The notes: generated by a model not told the origin, from the sequence alone. DNA of 64,000 bases from Candidatus Thorarchaeota archaeon (GCA_963726195.1 CAVSBO010000003.1:96001-160000), one strand, 5' to 3'; shown: positions 42,623-54,190, numbered from the stretch's first letter. Numbers and translations are program-made.

Positions 42623-42725
42623 GAGAATCCCTTGATGACAAGGCGCACGGCTCTAATCTAAGCCTTGTTGTGACGAATTGAGATACCTTCCAGCAAAGTG
42701 CCTACCCGCGCTCAGCCAGCCTAGT

Positions 42726-43483
42726 TCATCCGTGGAAGAGGTCCTCACCTTGGTTTCTCACGATTTCTGAAGCCGAACCGGACGTCAAGTCGTACTTGAC
42801 ACCCCGGATTAGAGCAACTGGGATGCCTTCGTCGGCCTGTCCCATGACCAGCTCTGCAGCCTGAGCAAGCTCATCAGCCAAACACACAAGGGACGATCTC
42901 AAGCGGCGTCCGTAAGATCCTCCTTCCCGGCGTTCTTGAAAAATGGAGACATTCCCGCAACACCGATTGCTGTATTGATGGCTCCCTGTCGCCAAGGTCT
43001 TCCATGGGTATCCGTGATGATGACGGGTATGTGTACTCCGAATTCCTTGGACAGACGACTATGCAGTCTTCGAGCTGACTCATCGGGGTCGATTGGTAGT
43101 GCGACATAGCTCCCCATCGGAGCATTCTTCTGGTCCACGCCAGAAAAGTCGGTCACAATCCCCTGTCTGGTCTTAGTAATGAGAACCGGCTCTTCTCGAA
43201 TGACCTCCGATGCCTCTCTCAGAGCGATTTCCACCTTCTGGGGAGTCCTTCCCGTAGCTGCCGCAATGTGTGTTGCCCTTTCTGAGAGCTCAATCTCACT
43301 GTCGTGAAAGACTCGATTTTCGGCCATTGAGACAATAGAATGCGTTACTACCACAATGTCGCCTGAACGCAGCCTGATTCGAGACCGTTTTAGAGCTGTT
43401 CCGATAATGGAGGCGAGATCATCTCCAGGTTTCACCATTGGGATTCCCGAGAGCGGCACAATCTCCATGCTACGCACTGTCAT
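42726..43483 (-). CDS. cofE: Coenzyme F420-0:L-glutamate ligase (frameshift ~42915)
   Basis: IPMVKPGDDL, GVDQKN, PDESA, DTHGRPWRQG, ADELA, MGQADEGIP. Confidence 0.9.
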
Positions 43484-43729
43484 GTGGTTCTTTTCCTTCA
43501 GTTCTCCGAATCCGAGTCTCGGGCTGCATCTCGTTTCACGCTTTCAGAGCTCGAGTTCCAGAATCTGTAGTCAATGTTGAACCTATGTGGCAGACAGATT
43601 CCCTCGCTCTTAGGGATGGACGCTTGATTAAAACCCATCGATGTAGATGACCTTTCGGAAGGAGCGATAGTCCGTCTTCTAGGCAAAGCTTTTCATTAAG
43701 GACGATTTCAGGAGGATAAGTGAGCTGAC

Positions 43730-45475
43730 ATGTTTCTTACTCGCCCCGATACTTATCCCCTTGACCAGATGATAGACGTGGCGGCCGGAAGAACACGGGC
43801 CGACCTCGTGCTCAAGAACGGATCGGTCGTCAATGTGTTCACTGGAGAGGTTGCCCAAGGAGATGTTGCCGTTCACGCTGGCTTCATCGCAGGCGTGGGA
43901 CAATATGTCGGCAATGAGGTCATCGATATTCAGGGGAAGTACGTCGCTCCATCCTTCATCGATGGACATGTTCACATCGAATCGTCTATGGTAATGCCCA
44001 TGGAATTTGCCAGAGCGGTTGTGCCTCATGGTACCGGAGCTGTGGTCACAGATCCTCATGAGATTGCTAATGTCCTTGGCATGGAAGGCATCATGTACAT
44101 GAGCAAGAGCATGAGAGGGGGACCGCTCGAGGTCTACGTGATGTTGCCTTCGTGTGTCCCATCGACTGACCTCGAAACAAGCGGTGTGTCACTTGACTCC
44201 CTTGATATTCAACCACTTATGACAGAGTCTTATGTTCTCGGGCTTGCCGAGGTAATGAACTATCCGGGCGTAGTCTACAAGGATCCGCAGATTCTTGATA
44301 AGATTCGTGTCTCCCTCAGGCTCGGCAAGAGAGTCGACGGACACTGTCCACAGATTGCTGGAACCGACCTCATGGCGTATTCCGCCGCAAGGATTAGTTC
44401 AGACCACGAATGCACCACACTCGATGAGGCCAAACGCAAGCTCGCGGCTGGAATGCATATTCATATCAGGGAGGGCTCGACAGCAAGGAACCTCCACGAC
44501 CTCGCTCCTTTGATAACTCCACAGACCGCTATGTCATGCAGCTTCGTCACAGACGATCGAAACACCTTGGACCTAATGACGAAAGGCCACATAGACAGCA
44601 TGATCAGAGAAGCTATCAAGATTGGAGTAGACCCTGTCGTCGCAATCAAGGTAGCGACGCTGTCCACTGCCTGCCACTACGGCTTACGATACACCGGCGC
44701 CATCGCGCCCGGATACGTTGCAGACCTCGTGGTCTTGGATTCTTTGGACCGCATTGGTGTTGACATGGTATTCAAGCAGGGAGTTCTTGTGGCCAAGGAT
44801 GGCAAGATGGTCGACACATTCGGAATTCAGGAGCAGCCTAGACTGCGTCGGTCTGTCAATATTCATTTTCTGGAGCCCAAGGACTTCCTGGTGAAGGCAC
44901 GCGGTCCCAACATGAATGTGATCGGAATGATTCCACAGCAGATTGTCACAAAGCGGCTAATCGAAGAACCAAGGGTGATTGATGGCATCGTTGTACCAGA
45001 CATCGACAGGGATATTGCAAAGGTGGCAATCATAGAACGACACAATGCAACAGAGCCGAAAGCCATAGGCTTTGTCAAAGGAATGGGAATAAAGGAAGGA
45101 GCGATGGTGTCGTCAATTGCGCACGACAGTCACAACATCGTAGCAGTTACGACAAACGATCATGACCTCATAGAGGCAGCGGTGCAGCTGGTTAAGATGC
45201 AAGGGGGTCTGGCGATAGTCCGCGATGGAAAGGTTCTTGCTTCTTTGCCATTGCCAATTGCTGGGCTGATGTCAGACAAACACATCGAGGAAGTCAGCGA
45301 GGGTATAAAGCAGCTAAAAGAGGCGGCGCACACGCTGGGGAGCAACGTTGAAGACCCATTCATGGCTATGTCGTTTCTTTCATTGGCGGTCATACCGGAG
45401 CTGAAGATAACCGACTTGGGTCTGGTTCATGTCAAACGCTTCAGAATCATCGACCTATTCGACACGAAGGATTAA
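43730..45475 (+). CDS. ade: Adenine deaminase
   Basis: DGHVHIESSM, DPHEIANV, EVMN, DGH, DHE, REGS, TDD, AHDSHN. Confidence 0.95.
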   Translation: MFLTRPDTYPLDQMIDVAAGRTRADLVLKNGSVVNVFTGEVAQGDVAVHAGFIAGVGQYVGNEVIDIQGKYVAPSFIDGHVHIESSMVMPMEFARAVVPHGTGAVVTDPHEIANVLGMEGIMYMSKSMRGGPLEVYVMLPSCVPSTDLETSGVSLDSLDIQPLMTESYVLGLAEVMNYPGVVYKDPQILDKIRVSLRLGKRVDGHCPQIAGTDLMAYSAARISSDHECTTLDEAKRKLAAGMHIHIREGSTARNLHDLAPLITPQTAMSCSFVTDDRNTLDLMTKGHIDSMIREAIKIGVDPVVAIKVATLSTACHYGLRYTGAIAPGYVADLVVLDSLDRIGVDMVFKQGVLVAKDGKMVDTFGIQEQPRLRRSVNIHFLEPKDFLVKARGPNMNVIGMIPQQIVTKRLIEEPRVIDGIVVPDIDRDIAKVAIIERHNATEPKAIGFVKGMGIKEGAMVSSIAHDSHNIVAVTTNDHDLIEAAVQLVKMQGGLAIVRDGKVLASLPLPIAGLMSDKHIEEVSEGIKQLKEAAHTLGSNVEDPFMAMSFLSLAVIPELKITDLGLVHVKRFRIIDLFDTKD

Positions 45476-45489
45476 GCTCTTGTCTGGGC

Positions 45490-46382
45490 CTATTTCTTGC
45501 TTAGGCCAAGTATCTTCCTTGCCTCTTTCAGACTGGTTGCGCTTCTCTGAACCAATAACGATAGCAACTCGCCGCCCCAATGAAGACCAACAGAGTCGCT
45601 GAGCCGAACGCGGCCAGTAGTACGAGGACCAAGTACGGGTTGGGGTAGTACCTGAGGTTGAAGAACAAACCTCTTTCGACAAGCAACACAACCTCTACGA
45701 CGAGTAGCACTAGAAGCACTATGCCTGCGCCCAGCTGTCTTTCGTGAATATAGACTTGCAGTGCGGTCTGCAAGAGTATCGCCGAAACGAGGTTACCAAG
45801 AATACCAAGAACAACTACCGCGTCGCCTCTGATGAAGAAGTACGGAATATTCGATTGGTTGAGGCCCCATGACGTGAAGAATTGGATGTATACCATGGTT
45901 AGAATGAAGACGAGCTCGAAAACCATCATCAGAATGGCGCCTGAACCTGCAACATGAAGTACCGCGTTGTCCACGGAATCAGCCCAATCCATGTTTGTGA
46001 GCTGCTGGTATTCCGGATTGACTTGCTGTGCCCAGTTGCTTGCAGCAACGCATTCCTGCTTGTGACAGTTTGTGATTGTGAACAGCTTTCCCCCATAATC
46101 GCCAACTCGTTTTTCCATGCACTCTTCACAGATTAAGTCCCCACAGACATTGCACACAGCCACCGCAAGTCTGCCGGGATGGTTAACACAGTCTCTCTTC
46201 TGGGAACGGCCCAAGACCGGGCTGCCGCAGAACTCGCATCTGTTCACTTTGTCAGTGGGCCCAGCCTTCACTGCGCCACCGCAAACAGGGCACCTGATTG
46301 TCTCTGTAGACATCTGTACGCTCACCTCGGATAGGGGCTTCTTTCGTTCTGAGGCTCCCGTAATGTCTTCGGATGCTGCCAC
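45490..46382 (-). CDS. Zn-ribbon + B-box-like zinc finger membrane protein (indels near the C-terminus)
   Basis: CPVCGG..CEFCG; CVNHP..CNVCGDLICEEC..C..C; 4 TMs. Confidence 0.75.
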
Positions 46383-47724
46383 GAGCGGCTAGGACCTCGC
46401 AGTGCGGACTCCTTCTTCTTCATGGGTTCGCGGTTCATGACTGCCTTCTCCCTCAGCTTGGTCGAGTGAGACAAAGTCGGTCCGACGTATGATCCGAACA
46501 GCCTCAACTGCTACGCCAACAAGCCCTGCATAGAACAGAATTGGAACAATCACAATTGCGCCAAGGAGGAGTGCGATTCCTGTGAGCACTGGGATGGCTA
46601 CAATGGCAATAATCATGGCTATTATCACGGCCCCGGCATTGTCATTACCACGATTGCCACGGTTCATGGAGGCGAGAACTCGGCCTGCAATCTCCAAGGA
46701 ATAGGCCATGATACGGAAGTACTTGCGCAGAAATCTGCCGTAAAGTGAACCCACCCTCGAGAACCTGGAGCCAGCTTTTGTGAAAAGCTCCTCAATCGGA
46801 ATAACCAGTGAAGTGGTTGTCACTGCAGGGCGATATCGACCTTCAAAGCATTTCGAGCATAGGAAGACAGTGGATCCCTTCCATCTGTCCTCGATGGGTG
46901 GCTCTTGGGAGGTTAGACATCGACGACAGAAATGCTCTCCACAGACAGCACAAGCGGCTGCAGCGAGATACTCAGGATGGTTTTTGCAGGGTACGAAGAC
47001 CCCGCTCAGTGCGAGCCTGACTCCACAGAACTGACATCGAATTGTGTTGTCTGAATCAGCCTTTGTCAGGGGCGTGGCGCCGCCACAGTTGGAGCAAAGA
47101 ATAGCCATTCCTTCTTCGGTTGTTACCTCGCGGGTCTGCATTATGCTCTGGCTCTCTTCCTCGGTCAGAGTTGTACGGCCGTCGCTCCCAAGAAGACTGG
47201 TCGACAATGGTGTCGGCATAAGGCCATGTTCAATCATTCTGGCCAATGCACGGTTCTCTTTCCACGCGAACTCCCTTGGCCGGGACAACATGCTTCCATC
47301 TGACAACCAAGTAGAGAACAAATAGGACCTGAGTGAGCAATATCAAAGCCGCAACAAGACCGATAGCCACTTCGGTGACCAATCCAAACAAGGGGACACT
47401 CCACTGATACTGTAGTCCCCAGTGAACCAGAAAGTAGCCTGCAAGCGCAATTGCCGCGAGGCTGTAAAGTAGCTGCGCGATTACTGCATTTCTTCTCAGG
47501 TCATCAACGTAGTTGCCTATTACCAGGCAAGGTATTCCCACGCAGACCAGTATCACCAACGCGTACATAGGAGCCAGAGGAGGGATTGAGGGACTCTCGT
47601 TGAGCCAAGCTGCGAACAGACCAAGTGATGCAAAGGTACCCAATAGTCCAAATGACATCTGAGTAATCCCGATAACTCTGAGACCATGAGGGCGTTCGAA
47701 TATCGTCTCTGCGGTTTGACTCAT
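46322..47724 (-). CDS. TM + Zn-ribbon + B-box-like zinc finger + TM protein (frameshifts ~47265, ~46450)
   Basis: 4 N-terminal TMs; CSNCGG..CQFCG; CKNHP..CAVCGEHFCRRC..CSKC; C-terminal TMs. Confidence 0.7.
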
Positions 47725-47968
47725 GTCGCTGTCTTCTCCCTGCATCCAATCAGAGGCGCTCTGTGTCTATGACTCGGTGACTTGATGACAGTCTTTTCTG
47801 CTTTGTGTCCTATGCACATGACTCAGACGAGACAACAACACTTCCCACCCTGCCCGGTGAGGGAAGGCGATGTCAGGCACAACTCTCATAAGCTGACGCT
47901 GGCGACATCGTCAACTCAGCCCCCAATTTGGGTAGCGAAGGCGTTCTCTTCAGGGTGAGAGTTCAATC

Positions 47969-48964
47969 GTGTTTGAGAGTCTCCCGAGGCATCGATTGGC
48001 CTTTCTTCCAACTCCGCTTCATCCAATGAAGAATCTGGGACAAACAATAGGTCTCAACGAGCTCTGGATCAAACGAGATGATATGACTGGACCGAGCTTC
48101 GGAGGGAACAAGACCAGAAAGCTCGAGTACGTGATTGGCGACGCGAAGGAGCACGGATGCGATACGCTTGTGACGGTCGGCGCAATACAAAGCAACCATT
48201 GCAGACAAACTGCAGCCGCGGCTGCCTCCGCAGGAATGAGAAGTGTTCTGCTTCTCGGGGGTGAAGAACCGGAGACCTACACGGGGAATCTCTTGCTGGA
48301 CAAGCTCTACGGGGCCGAACTGAAATTCATTCCCGATGAGGATTTCATGTCATTGAATGATAAGCTGGCCGTGGTTGTGCCCACGCTTGAGGACCTCGGT
48401 CTCAAGCCATATGCAATCCCTGCCGGAGCTGCGACCCCACTCGGCTCATTGGCGTATGCGGCCGCCATGGAGGAGCTGAAAGGACAGCTAGAGAACACGG
48501 ACTTCAAACCTGAACGCATCATTGTAGCCACGAGCACAGGTGGCACGCTCGCAGGTATGATTGCGGGAGCTCACTTGGTTGGACTTAACGCTGACATCCT
48601 AGGTGTTGATGTATATGACTCAGCAGACTCCGCGGTCTCCAGAGTCCGACAGCTCATCCAGAGAATGATCAAGGAATACCCATCGTTGATTCCGAAGTTC
48701 AGTCCTGAAATCTTGGTAACAGATCGTTTCATCGGAGAAGGCTATGCAAGAATGAACGACACCGAACTCAAGGCAATCGAGATGTTTGCCAAGCTTGAGG
48801 GTATCTTGCTTGATCCTGTCTACACTGGGAAGGCTGGTGTCGGACTTATTGAAATGGCCCTTTCCGGTGAGACCCCCAGCGATAGCCCGACTCTATTTTG
48901 GCACACCGGAGGGCAGCCGGCACTGTTCGCCTATTCCGAGGAGTTGACACGAGACCTTCAGTAG
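47969..48964 (+). CDS. D-cysteine desulfhydrase/ACC deaminase family PLP enzyme
   Basis: LPTPL, KRDD, GGNKTRKLE, QSNH, LDPVYTGK, WHTGG. Confidence 0.92.
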   Translation: MFESLPRHRLAFLPTPLHPMKNLGQTIGLNELWIKRDDMTGPSFGGNKTRKLEYVIGDAKEHGCDTLVTVGAIQSNHCRQTAAAAASAGMRSVLLLGGEEPETYTGNLLLDKLYGAELKFIPDEDFMSLNDKLAVVVPTLEDLGLKPYAIPAGAATPLGSLAYAAAMEELKGQLENTDFKPERIIVATSTGGTLAGMIAGAHLVGLNADILGVDVYDSADSAVSRVRQLIQRMIKEYPSLIPKFSPEILVTDRFIGEGYARMNDTELKAIEMFAKLEGILLDPVYTGKAGVGLIEMALSGETPSDSPTLFWHTGGQPALFAYSEELTRDLQ

Positions 48965-49018
48965 GCTTACTAGTAGGTTTCGCATGGAGCTTGGTATGTT
49001 ACAGGTTTCGATGCAAGT

Positions 49019-50038
49019 ATGAGCACAATGACGGGCTTTAATAGTCTGGAAGGAATCTCGGCATTGTCAGGGGGTAAAGCGTTGCACGGAAATGAGGATA
49101 CGGCCTTTGCTGATGCTTTCCAAGACCGTCTGGCTGCGGCTTCCACAGAGAAAGTGCGAATGGTTGTCCGAGAGCAGTACAAGGACGCATTTGACATACT
49201 TCAGGACTGCGAGAATGCCAACTTGATACCGGCGATAATCGGTCCCCCGGGCGTAGGCAAGACACTACTCTTGCGTGCGTACGCTCAGAATACGAACCGA
49301 TTGTTCGAATGGGTGACCGGGGATGAGGGAGTTCGCCCGTCCCACCTGATAGGTTCATTCAACCCCGCACTGGTTCTCAATCGGGGCTTTACTCTCGATT
49401 CATTCGAGCCGGGCCCGCTTCTCAGAGCGATGGTCTTCGGAGGAGTCTTTGGTCTGAACGAAGGCAATCGTTTGCCAGAGTATGTTCAGAACTCTTTGCT
49501 TGAGCCTTTTGAGGAGTTCAGCGTTAACGTGCAGAGGATTGGTAGGATAAAGGCACGTGATGGTTTCTTTCCAGTTCTCACGATGAATCCTGAGGAGATG
49601 GCAGGCGTTCACAGGCTCAGTGAGGCATTCAGAGACCGTGTGCGGGTATGGATAAAGTTAGGCTATCCTCGCAAGGAAACTGAAATCGAGATCATACGAG
49701 TCAATTGTCCTGAGTACAAGCTGAGTGATCACGTACTCGACAGCATATACAATCTGGTCTCGGCTACGAGGGCAAATACTGACGTCGAAGTACCTGCCTC
49801 GATTCGTGCAGGTATCTCGATTGCTCGGCTGGCGGCTGAGATGTCAAAGCGAGAGAATAAGCAGATTACTCATGAAGTACTGTCAGATGCCGCTCACCAT
49901 GTTCTTCTTGGAGGCCTGAAGTTCCGACCTGGGATTGACCCTGAACCTGCAGTGAGTCTTCTTGTTAGCAGGGCATTGGCTTCCAGCCGCTCGACAGCTC
50001 ATGTATCAGAGTCCAATGAAGATGAGACAAACAAGTAG
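49019..50038 (+). CDS. MoxR-family AAA+ ATPase
   Basis: GPPGVGKT, GPL..AM, LNEGNR, QNSLL, TMNP, LSEAFRDR. Confidence 0.88.
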   Translation: MSTMTGFNSLEGISALSGGKALHGNEDTAFADAFQDRLAAASTEKVRMVVREQYKDAFDILQDCENANLIPAIIGPPGVGKTLLLRAYAQNTNRLFEWVTGDEGVRPSHLIGSFNPALVLNRGFTLDSFEPGPLLRAMVFGGVFGLNEGNRLPEYVQNSLLEPFEEFSVNVQRIGRIKARDGFFPVLTMNPEEMAGVHRLSEAFRDRVRVWIKLGYPRKETEIEIIRVNCPEYKLSDHVLDSIYNLVSATRANTDVEVPASIRAGISIARLAAEMSKRENKQITHEVLSDAAHHVLLGGLKFRPGIDPEPAVSLLVSRALASSRSTAHVSESNEDETNK

Positions 50039-50056
50039 GCTGGCGGTGCCTGAAGC

Positions 50057-52583
50057 TTGACGAGCAACCCGGTAATTACCCCGAACATGCAAAACGTGCC
50101 TGCGTTCGCCCACGAGTTCGTTCACAGAATGAGACAGAGCCCAGAAGCGAAAGCCAAGCCGAGCGTTCGTCAGACACAGGCGATTCCTGGTTTGCTCTCC
50201 TCAAGATTCTTCAAGAATGGCCAGCTGACATTGGATGATTTCATCGAGGCTGCTGTGTTCACTACATTTCCTCCTGACCAAAAGCTGGCACGCTTAGTCG
50301 CCGAGGATATCGTCTTTGGAAAGTCGTCAGAGAAAAAGATGGAGGAAGCCGCCCCCAGCCCAGAACAACAAATCAGCTCGAATGCACTTCAGGCTGTAAT
50401 ACAGCAGATACGACACGAACAGGAACTTGCCAAGCTGATCAAGAAGGAACGTGTACAAGCAGGTTATGACTATCTTCAAAAGATTCGAAAAAGACAGGAT
50501 ACTTCACTGTACGATGCTGCCAGAGATTACCTCAGCGACGGGGACATTGTGCTCCAAGGGATTTCCAGCGACAAACAGCTGAAGAGAACCGCTTCGCAGA
50601 AGCTTCTCGACAAGGCTGGCGACATGACCAGCAAAGACATTCTGAACTCCAAGGTGCTCGATGCTCTTGACGAATTATCTGAAGTGGAGAATGCCGCCGA
50701 ACGGTTGGCAGCGAAGGCATTGCGACGAGACCGAGATGTCACAACACAATTCGAGCAGCTGGCCATCAAGGATCCAGCGACCGCTGCCAAGGCGTTGCAT
50801 TACATGGAGGACATCAAAGTCTCCAAGTAAGGCGCAACGTGAAGCGATGGACACGGCCTTGCAGCAAGCGCTTCAGAATCTCAGTGACGCAGGAAATTAC
50901 TCTGCCCAGTTTGGAAGGGCGCCTGATAACCTGGTCGACCTAGCTAGGTCTGCTCCTTCTAGCTTTTCGCTTGGCGACTCATTTGAGTTTGCAAGCCAGA
51001 TCCAAAGTGGAACGGGTCTAGATATCCGAGAAGACCTGTTGCGTGAGTATGACAACCAGTACGATTCCGGCGCGTCAAAGAACATAGATGCAAGACAGCT
51101 GGCAGAGAACGCAATGGATAGTCCAAGTTGGAAGAACCTGGTTGACAAGCTCACGAACGACCTCATCCAGAACGCCTACTCCCGATCAAACCCCGCTGAG
51201 TACTTGGTTCAGAAGGTGAGTGAACATGTCGGCCTTCGCCAGAAGCTCCCTGATGCAAACACGGGGAAGAAGTGGGAAGAGTCTGTGCAAAGGCTAGCAG
51301 ATGCGGCAGCGGCACGGGCGACCAGCAAAGCTCACCTGCGTCAAATCGTGAAGTCATCCTCGAACGCAGGCCAAGCGCCAAGTTCCGAGGCCATCAGGAG
51401 CGCAGGGGAAGCATTGGGGATGACTGAAGAGGAGATAGGCGAGCTACTCAATCCATCTTTCGAGGTCATAAAGAAGCTAATTCAGCAAGGTGTGTCTAAC
51501 TTTGACAGACTTCACGACCTGATGTCTGCGGCCGGACTGAGCCATGACCAGCTTGAGCAACTCGCAGACTTGGCTCTATCAAAAGACAACCAAGCGGCAC
51601 TAGGGGCCGTCGCGCACATTGACCTGCATGCTGCTCTTGGCACCAATTCTCCCAAGATGGGATATAGAGGCGGACTGCGAGGCCAAGGCGTACCGTCTGG
51701 AAATCAACCCGGTCAAGACCGCGTCAATAAGGTCATGGGTGGTCTTCTTGGAGGCCCTGCAACTAACATCGTCAGAATATGGTATGCATATCGTGATGAG
51801 GTGCCCGATGAAGTCAGAGACAGACTAAGGGAAATCGCCAAGAAACTTCTAATCGACGTGGGCGAGCGATTCGCTCGTCAAACCATGGGAACATCCATGC
51901 TGGGAGGCCTGCAGGAGAGTTCAATTATCAGACCGTTCAGGATAGGCGACGAGACTGACCTGATAGACCTCGAGGAAACCATCGATTCCCTGCTTTCTCA
52001 GGGTAGAACGAGTCTTCAGATTCTGAATCCAGAAGACTTCCTAATCAACGAAACCTATCAAGGCCACAGAGCCTTCTTCTGGGCGCTGGACAAGTCAGGC
52101 TCGATGGAGAGTGCAGAGAAGCTCGGGATGCTTGCCATTGCGGTGATGGCAGGCGTATTCGCAGTGCAAAGAGATGACTTTGGAGTAGTCCTGTTCGATA
52201 ATGAGACGCATATCGTGAAGCGACTGGAAGATAGGCTTGCCTCAATAGACAAGGTTGTAGCAGACCTTCTCGATGTGAGGGCTGGAGGTGGGACCGGCGC
52301 GCGCACAGCTCTTGCTCTTGCACTAGCAGGTTTCAAGGAGACAAGAGCCAAAGAAAGAATTCTGATCTTGAACACGGACATGTACCTGAGTGATCTTGAA
52401 ATATGCGAGGAGCTGGCAGGCGAGATCAAACACCAGGACATAAAGCTCATAATAGTCGTACCCAGAATATCGAACAATGCGCAGGGGGCTGACGCTCTCG
52501 CAAAAGCCGCACGTGGGGTAGTTCTGGAAATAGCCAGCATAGAAGAGCTGCCTGAGAGACTGCTCCGACTCACTAACTACTAG
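50057..52583 (+). CDS. Large vWA-domain protein (frameshift ~50820)
   Basis: IDLEETI, MIDAS DKSGSM, GGGT, NTD; ORFs 50057..50830 and 50661..52583 join. Confidence 0.8.
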
Positions 52584-53323
52584 GCCTGCGGGACGAACCC
52601 AAGTTTGGGTGCAAGCGACTTGTCCTTCACTTCGGAGACCCAGAACTTGTACGCGCAAGTGTACTCGGCGACTCGCATATCCATGAATTTTGAAGAGAAG
52701 AGCGACCTAAGGCACCTCATGAACCTGTAGAAGGGCTCCTTTGGTTGAGAAATCTCAGCCAAGCAGTTGATTTGGTAGCCCGGGGCGACAGCCTCGCCGG
52801 GTCTGTTCCACATAAAGGAAAGCGTGGCTCTTGGGTCTCGTTGGATGTTCGAGTATGTAACATCCTGGAACATCTCTACGGCGCCCAATCTCATTCGGTC
52901 GACCTTCTTGTCATCGACGTAGAGCCGCTTGTAAATGTCTATCCGTTCCTGTAGGGTTTGTCTGAATGGTCGGCCCTGCAAGGCAAGAAGCTCACCCTCA
53001 ATCTCGTCCATAGTATCCTCGATTGCTTCGTCTGTAAGCGTGAGTCTTACGAGCTTCGTAGCCGCGTTGATGGGAAACGGACCGGAGAGGTTGAGAGTGC
53101 AAACAGCAGGTTTCATCACACTTGAGCTGTATAGCTCCTCCACTCTGGCGTATGCTTCGACACTACCGTCCAGTGCGGACGCCATTGCTTCATAGATTGG
53201 GTCAGGAATTGCGTTTAGAGGATAGCAGACTAGTATCTGGTCCGGATACGTGACCTCGATTCTTCTCCTCTCGCGGTCGACGAACCAACCGATGGAGCCG
53301 TCCTCTTGCTGCAGAGTGATCAC
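52580..53323 (-). CDS. FMN-binding split-barrel (pyridoxamine 5'-phosphate oxidase-like) protein
   Basis: TYSNIQRDPRATL..YQINCLAEI..AYKFWVSEV. Confidence 0.6.
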   Translation of the reverse strand: MITLQQEDGSIGWFVDRERRRIEVTYPDQILVCYPLNAIPDPIYEAMASALDGSVEAYARVEELYSSSVMKPAVCTLNLSGPFPINAATKLVRLTLTDEAIEDTMDEIEGELLALQGRPFRQTLQERIDIYKRLYVDDKKVDRMRLGAVEMFQDVTYSNIQRDPRATLSFMWNRPGEAVAPGYQINCLAEISQPKEPFYRFMRCLRSLFSSKFMDMRVAEYTCAYKFWVSEVKDKSLAPKLGFVPQA

Positions 53324-53499
53324 CCTCAGAATCGTTCAAAGCACTTGCCGAATATAACGTAATTTGCGATGTTGCGGCATTATCTCGTGACTCTGCGAGG
53401 TTGGGTCATCGGGGCATGGCCCTACCAACTCAACTGAAAAGGATGATAAGACAAATAGGAATCAAGAGACAACCGCCATGGCTGCTCGGAGCTACGATA

Positions 53500-53784
53500 A
53501 TGGTCGAAGCGTTTGAGATAGACGAACAAGCAAGGCTCATACCCGCGGAGGAGTACGTGACACACACCGACTCCAGTAAGGTTCTGGTCTTCGTTGACCA
53601 CGAGAACAGAGTAGTCTATCTCTGGCGCGGAAAGAAAGCGACTTTTATGACCAAGCTCATGGGCACACGTGTGGCTGCCCGTTTGAGCCATTCTTATCCT
53701 GACTACCGTGTTCGTCCGATATCAGAGGATAATGAGCCTGCTGCATTCTTAGCGCTTATTGGCTTGGACCATGCTCTGGACTAA
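53500..53784 (+). CDS. Single-domain gelsolin-family protein
   Basis: DSSKVLVFVD..VYLWRGKKA..EDNEPAAF gelsolin-repeat pattern, 94 aa. Confidence 0.75.
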   Translation: MVEAFEIDEQARLIPAEEYVTHTDSSKVLVFVDHENRVVYLWRGKKATFMTKLMGTRVAARLSHSYPDYRVRPISEDNEPAAFLALIGLDHALD

Positions 53785-53839
53785 TCTGGAAGCTCTCATA
53801 TAGGCATTGACGCATTGGACTCAATGGTAAGTGGTATGA

Positions 53840-54190
53840 ATGTCGATAGACCCTCGAGCACGTCTCCATTGGATTCGAAACGTACGAAGGGGTCTGGTCG
53901 CTCGAACCAGCATAATTAGGAGGCTTGAGCGACAAGAGTGGAGCACAGTTCAGGACATAGCATACGATGTGAACCTGACGGCAGCAACGGTCCTGTACCA
54001 TCTCCATCACATGCATCGTGAAAGCATAGTAGAAAAGGAAGCTGAGGGCAGAAAGTGGGGGATGTCAACGCGTCATCAAACATCGCTTTCAGACTACCTG
54101 CAACCAGACACGCTCAGGAGGAAGAAGGAATCTCGAAGTTCCAAGAAGAAACGGACCCGATCAGCAGGAGACTCGGGTCAGCTCTCGTAA
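53840..54190 (+). CDS. ArsR-like winged-helix protein with PIP-box-like motif
   Basis: TVQDIA..LTAATVLYHL..IVEK; QTSLSDYL; basic tail. Confidence 0.75.
   Translation: MSIDPRARLHWIRNVRRGLVARTSIIRRLERQEWSTVQDIAYDVNLTAATVLYHLHHMHRESIVEKEAEGRKWGMSTRHQTSLSDYLQPDTLRRKKESRSSKKKRTRSAGDSGQLS

Noticed and set aside
42630-42675. ATGA..hairpin..GA resembling a SECIS or K-turn
   Set aside because: Wrong geometry, no nearby UGA-containing gene, and flanking genes are on the opposite strand.
47780-47900. Possible C/D-box sRNA (TGATGA...CTGA)
   Set aside because: Boxes are about 110 nt apart with no clear C'/D' boxes; too long for a typical archaeal guide.
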